Positions 38,146 through 49,491 of a DNA stretch of 58,424 nt are shown piece by piece. This stretch comes from Octopus bimaculoides (taxonomy: Eukaryota), in NCBI RefSeq assembly GCF_001194135.2, contig NC_068982.1, positions 34,874,426-34,932,849 on the forward strand, given 5' to 3'. Under the pieces are notes generated by a model. That model searched no databases. It saw nothing but the letters and a program-made list of their open reading frames with translations, and was not told the origin of the DNA. The stretch's first letter is position 1. Each line of letters opens with the position of its first letter. The position numbers and the translations under genes were made by a program.

Positions 38146-39127
38146 AGATATGTATATGCACACATACATATTCACACGAACATACATATACATACATACA
38201 AGCACGAGAGCGCACATACATACGATCACATAATCTTTAAACTGAAGGGCTAAGACGATTTATTCATTTTTAATTAAGCGTTCAAAGTTGATTTTTTTGT
38301 CTTTCAACAAGACAGACGGAATTGCTGGTCTAAATACTGGTAATATCCGAGATTGATTTATTTAATTTTTACATATTTCAATGCAGAATTAATTTCGTGT
38401 CATGTCGAAAGAAATTATAATCGGTAATTTTTTAAAAATAACTTCTATATGGTTGCGGTCTCTCTGAATTAACGCTCGGCTCCGAATTCACATTAAAAAC
38501 AACCTATATTCACCCAACTAATTCATACGTCTTCATGAATGTATCGATGAATTTGTTCCTAAGCTGTAACACAATTCAACTTTCGACAAGTGGAAGAAAT
38601 TCTCTGTCAGTCCTTCCACAGATCAACTTTTAAATTCAGATGTAAGCCATTTTTTTATGCTTTTACAACAGTGAATTCATGAACGTGTTAACTACCGGTT
38701 TCTTCCCTTTGAAATTGAAATCTATATTTCTTATTTCTATTACTGACATCAGTAACCTTTCATGTAAATCTACTTCCATTTATAACAGACCGTTAACAGA
38801 TAAATAATTTAATATATTCGACTACATTATAATTCAAATATGAAATGCTGTCAAAACCAACAGGAAATAACAAAAAAGAGAAAGAAAACAAGAAAAACGA
38901 AAGCAGAAAATATGATTGATACCAGAGAAGTGGTTTATTCAACATTCTAAAATATCTGAGTGAGTCTATCTATGTGGGTTAACTCCAAAGAAAATTACTT
39001 CTGAACAAATAAATACTACCTGTAAAATCAACGTGACATTCTTTAGTATTATTAACTTAAGTAAAAAGTTTCAAAACATCTTTTCATGAATATGCAATAT
39101 ATATGTGTATGCATGTATATGTGTGTG

Positions 39128-39190
<63 letters not shown>

Positions 39191-40344
39191 TATTCATACA
39201 TTGGTTTCTGTCGGACGAATAAGATAGGCGATAGGAGTGGTAAACACGTTGTTATGCTGTACAGGATATGTCTTTCTTTTCTTGGAAGTGAAATTCGAGC
39301 CATAAGGCAAACTTTCCGTTCCAGTTTCAATAAAAAAAAGGGAAGACTAAACATATGATCGACAGAAAACTGATACCAGAAAAAACAAAATCACACCTGG
39401 CATTGTTCAGTTAGTGAGTTGTAATTGTTTAGATAAAATATTTTGGATATATGTTGTTAAAGTATTAAGACATGACTGTTTGCGATTTTGTAAGTGTAAG
39501 CAGCAATTCATATTTAAGTATTTAATCGATATTCATCAGATCATATCATAACTTGATAATATTCTTCTAAAAGTATTTCCTTGGTGACACACTCTGTAGA
39601 AGAATATTAAGGGGCACACCTGATGTAGTTTCCCATTTTGTTTTTAGACACAATACTGTCCGCCCTACGCTTTTGAATATGACCGAGACTCGATACACAG
39701 TAACAATACAGAATGCTTCATTGCTCTTGCCTATAACACAGAACAAGTGGAATCTCCGACTACCACAATGAAATGTCCGCCAATTCTTTGAAGAAGTGAG
39801 AAATTGTAAGTTCCTTTAATCAGTTGATCTTGAAAGGGTTGCTAAAACGATTTCATAAAAAGTAGCATAAAATTTTCAAACGAAGTGGGTGGCACTATGA
39901 AGTATCGAGACTGAAAATGTGCAGTTTCAAATGTGACACCGTCCATGTGATCCGATTCTCTTTCTCTTGCCTCTCTGTTCTTTTTATTTTCTGTTCTTTT
40001 TTCTTTCTATTTCATAAATGATATCACCCGACACGTCATATTCTCTCCACTTTCTTTCCTTGGTATACTGAGTTTCATTATACACTTCTTTGTTTATTGT
40101 GCTCTCACTTTATATTTCACTTGTCTGATTCATTTAAGTATTTTCTGTTTATTTGCTTTCTCTTTTATCCTCTTTGGCAAATACACAGCGATATTAGCCA
40201 GGAGATAACATTTCATATGGTCCTTCCATGGCCAATAAAATAAATTACTAATCAAGTACTGAGGTCGGTGGTACCAATTAATACACCTGCATCAAAATTG
40301 TTGACTTTGTGTTTAAATCAGAAGCAGTTATCATTTTGTGTAAT

Positions 40345-40745
40345 GGTAGAATCAATAGAACATCGAAATGGTTCGAATTCTATACATTCTCAGTTCCAGT
40401 CTAGCCATGGTCAACTTTGCCTTTTATCGTTCCAGAGGTAGGTAAAATAAAATACCAGTCAAATACTGGGGTCGACTGACTCGACTAAACTATATCCCAG
40501 GTTTCTGACTTTGTTCCTATGTTACATACAACTATAGAAAGAAAGTGGATTAACAGAATTGTTAGAGCATCAGAGAAAATGCTTTGAGGCATTTATTCCG
40601 GCCCTTTGCGTTCTGAGTTCAAATCCTACCGAAGTTAACTTTGCCTGTTATCTTGTGGGCGATAAAATCAAGTACTGGTATGATACTAAGGTAACCCTTA
40701 ACCCGCCCCAAAATGCTGGCCTTGTGCCTAAACCAGAAACTAAAC
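40345..40745 (+). mobile_element. Two adjacent degenerate family B SINE copies (40345-40530, 40550-40745)
   Basis: Each has gtcaactttgcc/gttaactttgcc, a taaaat.aa.tac segment and a tail like ggccttgtgcct. Confidence 0.65.
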
Positions 40746-41598
40746 TCTTATTATGTGTTTTTCTTTTATTATTAACTTTTTTAAACATAAGCTTGGGTAT
40801 ATTTTTAGTAGAAAGGAAACAACATTTGTGATAATTTCCAACAAAATTCACGAAACAAATGAATCAGTTCTATAACTAGTAATCAAAACAGAAACATAAT
40901 ATATGTGAACTGTCTAACGGTTATGACTGCCAACAAAAGGCACATACCGTATAGTCGTTTCCGGTGAATTATGAAATTAGGTAAAAGAATATTCGAAAAT
41001 GAGACGAAATATATAATGTTGATGTTAAATATATCCTTAGCAACTTTCCAATAGAAATATGCTGAATCTGGCAACCACTACAGATTCCGAAATGAACGTC
41101 ATAGCCATTCATTTTTCTCTCTTAATATTTTTGAGTGTGTACCGAGTAAAACAAAAATTAAAGGCTTCCATTAGAAAGGATTAAATATTCAAGAGAAGAC
41201 AAGGCCAAATGTTTTAATGGAAAACAAGCATAAATTGCAATTATTGATAGAGTAAATTATCTAAATTGTTGTGAAATATTTAAAGAAAGTATGAAATTCA
41301 GAAATTATTTCGATAGTTGATGGAAACACATCTCCATTGCCATTAATATAGTAATTTAAAAAGCATGATTGTATAATGTACTCCTATGCATAAGAGAGGA
41401 ATTAATTTCAAAAATACTGTTTAGAAGCCCCTTTCACACGGAGTAGTCCTGATGGAGCTGACCCTTGATGAAAGATATCCAGTGCGGGACCATTCCATCA
41501 TCCAGTATTTAGAGCTACATAAGTACATTAATGCATTCTTTTAGACGATAAAGCATAAGTTTAAATAAGTATAGCTTATATTTCTAGCAAGTCAAGCC

Positions 41599-41636
<38 letters not shown>

Positions 41637-41700
41637 GGGAGGAAGAGAGGGAGTGGGGAGTGAGTGAGAGAAAGTGGGAGAGAGAGTGAGAGGGAGGGGA

Positions 41701-41734
<34 letters not shown>

Positions 41735-41748
41735 AAGAAGTATTTTAA

Positions 41749-41840
41749 TACAGTTCTATATTTAAGAGATGAGGAATTATGTACATTATTTACATTATTT
41801 ACATTCGACGGATATTTGTCCTTATCTTGTTTGTTGTTAA
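41749..41840 (-). mobile_element. Penelope-like terminal fragment, inverted copy, runs into a gap
   Basis: Reverse complement ttaacaacaaacaagataaggacaaatatccgtcgaatgtaaataatgtaaataatgta matches 42154-42212. Confidence 0.7.
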
Positions 41841-42059
41841 NNNNNNNNNNNNNNNNNNNNNNNNNNNNNNNNNNNNNNNNNNNNNNNNNNNNNNNNNNNN
41901 NNNNNNNNNNNNNNNNNNNNNNNNNNNNNNNNNNNNNNNNNNNNNNNNNNNNNNNNNNNNNNNNNNNNNNNNNNNNNNNNNNNNNNNNNNNNNNNNNNNN
42001 NNNNNNNNNNNNNNNNNNNNNNNNNNNNNNNNATAATAATAATAATAATAATAATAATA

Positions 42060-42212
42060 ACATCGAAAAATACCTTAGGAATGAGGACCCAGGTTCGAAA
42101 TTTCCTCAAGACACCTTAAGAAGGCTGGAGGGTATATCAGCGGAAACGTTGTGTTAACAACAAACAAGATGAGGACAAATATCCGTCGAATGTAAATAAT
42201 GTAAATAATGTA
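42060..42212 (+). mobile_element. Penelope-like terminal fragment with a mutated minimal hammerhead
   Basis: Hammerhead-like fold at 42110-42155; inverted partner on the other side of the gap; 12 bp direct repeats outside both copies. Confidence 0.65.
42110..42155 (+). ncRNA. Vestigial type I minimal hammerhead ribozyme
   Basis: acac-cttaaga-a-ggctg(gagggtatat)cagcg-gaaa-cg-tt-gtgt: stems I and II present; core G5 changed to U and the closing pair of stem II broken. Confidence 0.45.
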
Positions 42213-43138
42213 AAGAAGTATTTTGATCGGAATTTTGCAATATTATTTTATTCACTTAGTTTTACATGTTTACACTTTTATCGCCTTCAAAAGTATTCTC
42301 CATATGAAGCAATGCATCAGTCCCGACACATTTTCCACTATTCGAAGCAATTCTGGAATACTTGCAAAGTGATACATTTTAATGCCTCCGTCGTTTTTTT
42401 CTTCACCTCTTCCACATCTTCAAATTCCGTAGCACCGCTTTCGTCACCACTGATAACCTTCGAAAAAATGTCCCGTTCACCTTCCAACTATCCTTTCAGT
42501 TCACGACCCGCATTCAGTCGTCACTGATTTTGATCTTCTGTGAGCAAGCGAGGCAAAAATTTTGCTGCAGCTCTTTTCATCTGCAATTCCTCGTTCAAAC
42601 TTTGTTGGCAGGAGCTCCAGGAAATACCAATCATATCAGTAAATTCGTCAATTGTTCGACGATAGCCCTTCAAGATCAGTTCTTGTATTTTCATGATGCT
42701 TTCATTCGTTTGGGAGGTCGACGGACGTCCTGAACGAGGTTGGTCTTCAAGCGAAAAGTGACCATTCCTAAATCGTGGAATTCCACTCGTAAATTCCACT
42801 CGTAAATTCCACTCGTAAACTTGTGTTTTGCCCATAGTAGCATCCTTGAAAGCTGTTTGAAGTATGAGAACTATTTTGGCCGCTGTTTTCCCCACCGGAA
42901 AACAATTTTACGGAGGTACGCTGTCCCTTCGTTTCAGCCATCACGAAAATCGACGAACAAGGGAGAAGCACTGCAAAAGAGATACACACCACGTGACAGT
43001 AGGACTAGACCTGACGACGCCGGTTGGCATACCGATGGCTTAGGATTGTATCAAGTAGCTTCTAGTGGTGGAAGTCTGAATTACAACGGTCTTGTCCCAC
43101 AGAGAACGTTTCCGGTTACTTTTGGGTACCCCGTCGTA
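42213..43138 (-). mobile_element. Internally deleted mariner element, same family as 32399-33045
   Basis: 5' TIR tacgacggggtacccaaaagtaaccggaa; EDQPRSGRP, AAKFLPRLLTEDQ; same deletion junction; internal 13 bp unit repeated three times at ~42780-42820. Confidence 0.9.
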
Positions 43139-43245
43139 TATGCAACCAAGTGGTATGGGTCATTAAGATAACAAAGGGTGGGACAAAATACGAATGCACT
43201 AATAATGGAAGTAAAGATAATTTAGGTTTCTTTTATCTTTTATTT

Positions 43246-43500
43246 TTATTTATTTCAATCAATGGTGCTGGGGCATTGCCTTCGAAGGTTTACTCGATCA
43301 AATTGACCTCGGTATTTATTTACAAGTCTGACAGTTATTCTATTTATTTTTTTGCCGAACTGATAAGCTACGTGAATATAAACAAACCAACACCAGTTGT
43401 CAAACGATGGCGGGGACGAACATAGACACAAACACATACCTCGCCCTATCTCCACAGAAACACACGCACACACACGCACACACAAACACGCACATACGTA
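43246..43500 (-). mobile_element. Family A SINE 3' half, runs into a gap
   Basis: Tail and aaacaaaccaacaccagttgtcaa segment. Confidence 0.7.
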
Positions 43501-44001
43501 TATGTATATATATATNNNNNNNNNNNNNNNNNNNNNNNNNNNNNNNNNNNNNNNNNNNNNNNNNNNNNNNNNNNNNNNNNNNNNNNNNNNNNNNNNNNNN
43601 NNNNNNNNNNNNNNNNNNNNNNNNNNNNNNNNNNNNNNNNNNNNNNNNNNNNNNNNNNNNNNNNNNNNNNNNNNNNNNNNNNNNNNNNNNNNNNNNNNNN
43701 NNNNNNNNNNNNNNNNNNNNNNNNNNNNNNNNNNNNNNNNNNNNNNNNNNNNNNNNNNNNNNNNNNNNNNNNNNNNNNNNNNNNNNNNNNNNNNNNNNNN
43801 NNNNNNNNNNNNNNNNNNNNNNNNNNNNNNNNNNNNNNNNNNNNNNNNNNNNNNNNNNNNNNNNNNNNNNNNNNNNNNNNNNNNNNNNNNNNNNNNNNNN
43901 NNNNNNNNNNNNNNNNNNNNNNNNNNNNNNNNNNNNNNNNNNNNNNNNNNNNNNNNNNNNNNNNNNNNNNNNNNNNNNNNNNNNNNNNNNNNNNNNNNNN
44001 N

Positions 44002-44290
44002 CTTCGTCTGACAGACTGTAACAGACTGGCTGGTTTTTTGTCTGCTACAGTCTGTTACAGTCTGTCAGATGAAGGCCTTGATGAATGCCACTAGGCATGA
44101 AAATACGTATTAGCCTCTATATATTTAATTCTCTATGTTGAATACTCAATATTTCATATATTCAATAAGACACGCTCGTATATATTATCCAATCCATACA
44201 CGCTCGCGAGTCATGGCTGGCTCTACTACAAAGCGTCAACAAACAAGACAGCCATACTAAACCTGGTTACTATGTTAGTAATGATTTCGT
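44002..44290 (+). mobile_element. Penelope-like terminal fragment with a 27 bp fold-back and a hammerhead
   Basis: Inverted repeat 44002-44028 / 44048-44074 immediately followed by a hammerhead fold. The family call is inferred from the known hammerhead-Penelope association. Confidence 0.65.
44073..44116 (+). ncRNA. Type I minimal hammerhead ribozyme (one core deviation)
   Basis: aggc-cttgatga-atgcc(acta)ggcat-gaaa-atacgtat-ta-gcct: stem I 4 bp, perfect 5 bp stem II, palindromic stem III, UUA triplet. Confidence 0.65.
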
Positions 44291-46078
44291 CAAAAATTGT
44301 GCCAAAAGGCCGGAAAGACATGGCAAGCATAATAGCTATATTGGTGATAAGTTAGTAATATACTGTGTCAAAAAACGAGAGAGACATTGTAAATGGTTGT
44401 TATTTGTAAAACTGAGGAGTGATTCATTGCCTCGTAATCCGATGTAGCTAATTTTTTTACGAGGGTAAGTTAGGTCTGCGACACTGACATCCCATCCATG
44501 GGCGAATGTCTCACTAATCAGCTTAATGCTTCCAAAAATAAGAGGTAAGCAATGTCCTTGTCAACTATGGTGATTTGGAAAAAGAAAGGAAAAGAAATTA
44601 ACATCGAAAGAATTTAGAGTTATAAACTCTCAACTTTTATGGACATATATTTCCGTTTCTCATCTAGAAGATTCAAAATGTTGGGAAGAATTTCATCTGA
44701 ACCCTGATTTTCTAATTACATCTAAAACTTCTTTGGATGTCCTATAAACAATAAGAATTTATTCTTTTGTTCTTCCTTTCTGAAATAATAAGTTTCTTCA
44801 AGAAATTTTACGAATACAACAGAGAAGGGAGAAAGAAAATCCAAAGCCACAGAAACTATCTATCATATATGTCATTTGTTCTGCTCTTTGGTCGACTCCA
44901 TATATGGTATTTGTTTGCGAACTAAAATTAATAACGTTTCTCTGAAGTCAGATCCATCCACCCCCACTTTCATATAAGGTTCGTTGAAGTTGAGGGCAAT
45001 GTAAAATTTTAATGTCTCTGCTTCTGTTCCGCTTATCTGAGTCTGTTTCCCGTCTTCACATTCTTGTTTATTAACTTACATTGCATTCTGCCAAGCAGAG
45101 TAGTGAAGAGGGGCAAGTTCAAAGCGTGTTTCCTGTTTATATGATGCAGCAAGTTTATAGGGGAAAACAATGATTTAAAACAAATGGAAACACACAGGAA
45201 AATCTGTGACAACAAAATAACAAAAAAAACAAAAACAAATATAAGCAACAACAGAAACCACAACAATAACAACAAATAACAACAAATACTATACTAATGT
45301 TATCAACGTTCGCTTCTTGCAGAATAGCAACGACAAAATATCGTTTCCAATAACATTAAGGGTAAAAATAACAACAACAACAGCAGCGACGGTATTATAT
45401 TGAGAATAACAATTCACGTCAACTTCAACACAAATACAAATTTTACTGATAGTGAGAGTTGCGTTTACAACAAGAATAACATCAACAATAACAGCAAGTA
45501 CAATTTAAGTAGGAGCAACAACACTAAAAATTGAAAGCACAAGCAGCAACAAGTAGTCATATGAACGAAAGAAAGAGCTTCTAGGTAATTGCTCGTCCTG
45601 TTGGGAACAGCGGTCACTTCTCACTCAAAATCACAGTTTATATAATAGGGTACTGTATGTCTAGAGAAAAAGCCGTAGCAGTCATGGCTGGAATACATTT
45701 GATCATAATTCTGCTCAATAAAGGCTGCTAGTTTGTGTCACTAAACGACTAGAATATATCATTTCAGATTTGTATTATTTGTATTGGTTGGTGTGTGCGT
45801 ATGTGTGTGTGTTTGTGTGGTTAAACTTTCACACGTGTAGTGAACGTGTGTCCACGCTAGTACACAAGAGCGTATTGAGTGCGTGTGTCTGTATCTGTGT
45901 GCGTGCGCGCACGCGTGTGTATTTCATGTGTATACGTAACTGTGTGCTTGCTCATGAACTTCGTATGGAAAGGCACTGAAATGTTTAACAAAATGTGGAA
46001 TGTTTCACTTTACCTCTAATGCACTGTAACTGGAGAATGCAAATCAGTTCTTCGTTGTTATTATTATATTCATGTTAA

Positions 46079-46296
46079 GGCGACGAACTGGCAGAATCGT
46101 TAGCACGCCGAACGAAATGCTTAGCGGTACTTCGCCTGTCGCAGCGTTGTGAATTCAAATTCCGCCGAAGTCGACTTTGCCTTTCATCCTTTCGGGGTCG
46201 ATAAACTAAGTACCAGTAAAACACTGGGGGTCGATGTAATCGATTATCTCACTCCCTCAAATTTCAGGCCTTGTGCCTATATTAGAAAGGATTATT
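46079..46296 (+). mobile_element. Family B SINE, well preserved
   Basis: Head aggcgacgaactggcagaatcgttagcac, B-box-like gaattcaaattcc, central gtcgactttgcctttcatcctttcggggtcgataaa (recalls the Meta-SINE domain), tail ggccttgtgcctatattagaaagg. Confidence 0.9.
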
Positions 46297-46314
46297 TTAC
46301 CCATGTATAACATT

Positions 46315-46940
46315 CTGCTTATTTGATGCGTATTTCTCGTTCAATTCTGTTTAAGTAGGTCAGTCCAACCATCCTTAATTCACATGGAACATCTGTAAAC
46401 TCAGAGTACTTATTCATGAGTGCTTCGCCTAATGTTTTCTGTTGTGTATACATTATGTACTCACTTTTGCCTCTACTGTTCAGGAGGTGAGGGTATAAGT
46501 GGCACGATACAGCACTCAAAAACTGTCTGGACTGATCGTATGTTGCTACTTCCATCGCTTCGCTTAACATAAGATACTTTTAGAGTCTCAGTTAGCCTCT
46601 TTCTAATCTTTGAGTCTAAGTTGTAGATTTCTTCCGGTGACTTGCCTAATATATCAAATACCGATACTTACACCGAACCTACGGAAGCATTGCTGGACTT
46701 AGAATGCAGACAAATCTAACTTTCCGAACGCTGTTGACGTATTCATTTGTCAACTCGTTATATTCACAGCACCAACATATTTCTAACATTCTTCACTAGC
46801 GATAGGGAGCATAGACAGAGCATTGTCATCCTTATTTCTTGCCTGGTCAATGATCTTTCCTCCTTTGACTACTGCATATGGACACTTATCTTGACCAAAC
46901 TCATTTCCTACATCTCGCGAAAATGTTGTGCTCTAGGTGC
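46315..46940 (-). mobile_element. Old R4/Dong-type RT C-terminal remnant
   Basis: FSRDVGNEFGQDKCPY, KYVG, LTNEYVNSVRK, EIYNLDSKIRKRL, YVKRSDG; same region of the ORF as 19443-20000. Confidence 0.65.
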
Positions 46941-46943
46941 CTT

Positions 46944-47006
46944 GAATATTACTTGAGTAATATTACTTAATATTACTTGAGTAATATTACTTAATATTAC
47001 TTGAGT
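46944..47006. repeat. 24 bp tandem repeat, ~2.6 copies (aatattacttgagtaatattactt)
   Basis: Directly visible. Confidence 0.9.
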
Positions 47007-47009
47007 ATC

Positions 47010-47229
47010 AAGGCAGCGAGCTGTCAGAATCGTTATTACGCCGGGCGAAATGCTTAGCGGCATTTCGTTCGTTTTACGTTCTGAGTTCAAATTCCACCGA
47101 GGTCGACCTTGCTTTTCATAATTTCGGGATCGATAAAATAAGTACCAGCTGAATACTGGCGCGAATGTAATCGACTTACCCACTTTCCAAAAATTCTTCG
47201 CCTTGTGCTAAAATTTGAAATCAGTATTA
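47010..47229 (+). mobile_element. Family B SINE
   Basis: Colinear with 46079-46296. Confidence 0.9.
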
Positions 47230-48250
47230 GATGAACATCAGCAAAAAAAGGTATGTCTGACGTAAATTTTTCTTACTATGTATGTATATATTTATGTGTG
47301 TATGTAGGTAAGTATGAATACATATCTATATATTTAAGCATAAATGTACTCTGTGTGTGTGTGACATATCTTGTATTTGTATCATTCCTTATCATGTTTC
47401 TCCTCTCATTTTCAGCTGATAGGTTGTCAGAAACGTGAAACCCAACGATCTAGAACTTTCAACTTTACTTTACTGTCAACTGGTCGAAGCTCAAGCCTGA
47501 ACATCACGCTATGCGCCAGCAGACAGTTACCCTTACACACGCAACAAACAATCACATAAATGCGCGCGCACGCACACACACACGCACGCACACATACACA
47601 CGCACACACATACACACACACACATGCACGCACATTCGAACGCACGCAAGCAAACGCGTGCACACACATACGCACACACATACGCACACACACATATAAT
47701 ACCATACTGATGCATATAAATAGATAAATGTGCTTGTTTGTGTTGTGTGTCTATTAATTCACATTAAAAATTCAGAAACATGCATAAACTCGGACCCATG
47801 CACCTTCGTACAGATGACTGTACCCATGAACCCATTAGAGTCACCGACGTTCCTATACACCCTCAGATAACTCATTCGACCCATTTATATACCAATAAAT
47901 GTAGAAGTAATCTTTGTCTGCATCAAATCTTCAATCTCACACTCATACTATACATGTAGTCATTTTGGCTTCTACAGAACAAAAGATAGTGTAACCGTAT
48001 CATTTAAGTGAAGTATCTAACAACAGCGAGGTATTTCTTTGCTGAAACTTAGACGTCTAATAGAAGATTTGAAGACAATTAACCTTTTGTCTTGCCTTGG
48101 TTTTTATGTTATTTCTCGGTCTCCTTCACAAGGCTTTGAATGAAATCTGTTTTGTCTTTTGTTATGTTTTCGTGATTTTTTTTTAACTCACATTTCTCTC
48201 CGCTGTGTGAATATTTGCTTATTCAGTTACTTAGTATATACATACATACA

Positions 48251-48338
<88 letters not shown>

Positions 48339-48340
48339 TA

Positions 48341-48510
48341 TAGGGTGTCCATTAAGTCTATTTACAATTTTAAAAATTTATTACAAAAGCAAATAAAAAT
48401 ATAGATCTGTGAAAATTACTAAGTACATAGAACAAATCTGATAAACATATCTCATCAATTGCCTCTGTAAAAAATTCTTGAAGTTGTAAAGAGACTTTAT
48501 GGACACCCTG
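48341..48510. mobile_element. 170 bp Tc1/mariner-type MITE
   Basis: TIRs tagggtgtccattaagtct / agactttatggacaccctg, TA on both sides. Confidence 0.88.
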
Positions 48511-48511
48511 T

Positions 48512-48560
<49 letters not shown>

Positions 48561-48698
48561 GGGAAGCAAAATTTACAATGAACGTTAAGTTGTTTTTTCT
48601 CAGCAGGCACTAAGTCAATTGTTTTGAAACAAGCATATATTGATGTCAGAATCATACCTGACACTATTATCCTTACCTTTTCAGAAACTTTTGCTCAT

Positions 48699-49491
48699 GT
48701 GGGTAATCAGGAGAGTAAATGTCAAAGAGTGTGTGATTTGCTGAATGGACTCGTCACACCAAAGGAGATTTCAAGAATAGTTGGAATGTCCATAAAGACT
48801 GTTTATAATGTAAAGAATAGAATGGCTATGAGCAAAACTATTACGAGGAAGTCTGGAAGTGGAGGAATCAACAAAAAACGTACCAAAGCTTTTATTAAAG
48901 CTCTCAAATCCAAAATCCTAAAGGATCCAGCCAAATCCATGAGAAAAATGGCAATTGAACTTGAGGTAGACAACAAGACTATTAGAAATGCAGTAAAATA
49001 TGATTTGAGGTTAAAATCTAACACAAGAACACGAAAACACTTGTTGACAACAACTATGAAGGAAAAGAGATTGGAAAGGTGCAAAAAAATTAGTACATGG
49101 TTCAAGAAAAAGTCCTCTATTGTAACGCTCTTTTCAGATGAAAAGATCTTCACTGTCGATGCTGTTCTGAACCGCAGAAATGACAGATTTATCGCAAAAT
49201 CGACAGCTGAGGTTAGGGGGACATTCAAAACAAAACATCCTGCTCAAGTTATGGCTTTTGGTGTTGTGGCTTCCGGTGGAAAGAAAATGCCTATAAAATT
49301 TTACAAAGCTGATGAAAAGATCAATGTTAACACTTACTACAAGACTCTGAGATACCAGGTATTGCCATGGCTTAAAGCAAACTACTCAGGTGGTAATTAT
49401 GTATGGACACAGGATGGTGCTCCAGCCCACACAGCTACAAAAATGAAAGATTTCTGCAAATCCAACTTTAGCAATTTTTTGGAATCATGTT
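48699..49491 (+). CDS. Tc1/mariner-superfamily transposase, maT(DD37D)-like, truncated by a gap
   Basis: About 264 codons with no stop: HTH region, FSDEKIFTV (first D at 49137), NRRNDR, KHPAQVMAFG, QDGAPAH (second D at 49413). The likely start codon reads GTG; the third catalytic residue falls in the gap. Confidence 0.85.
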
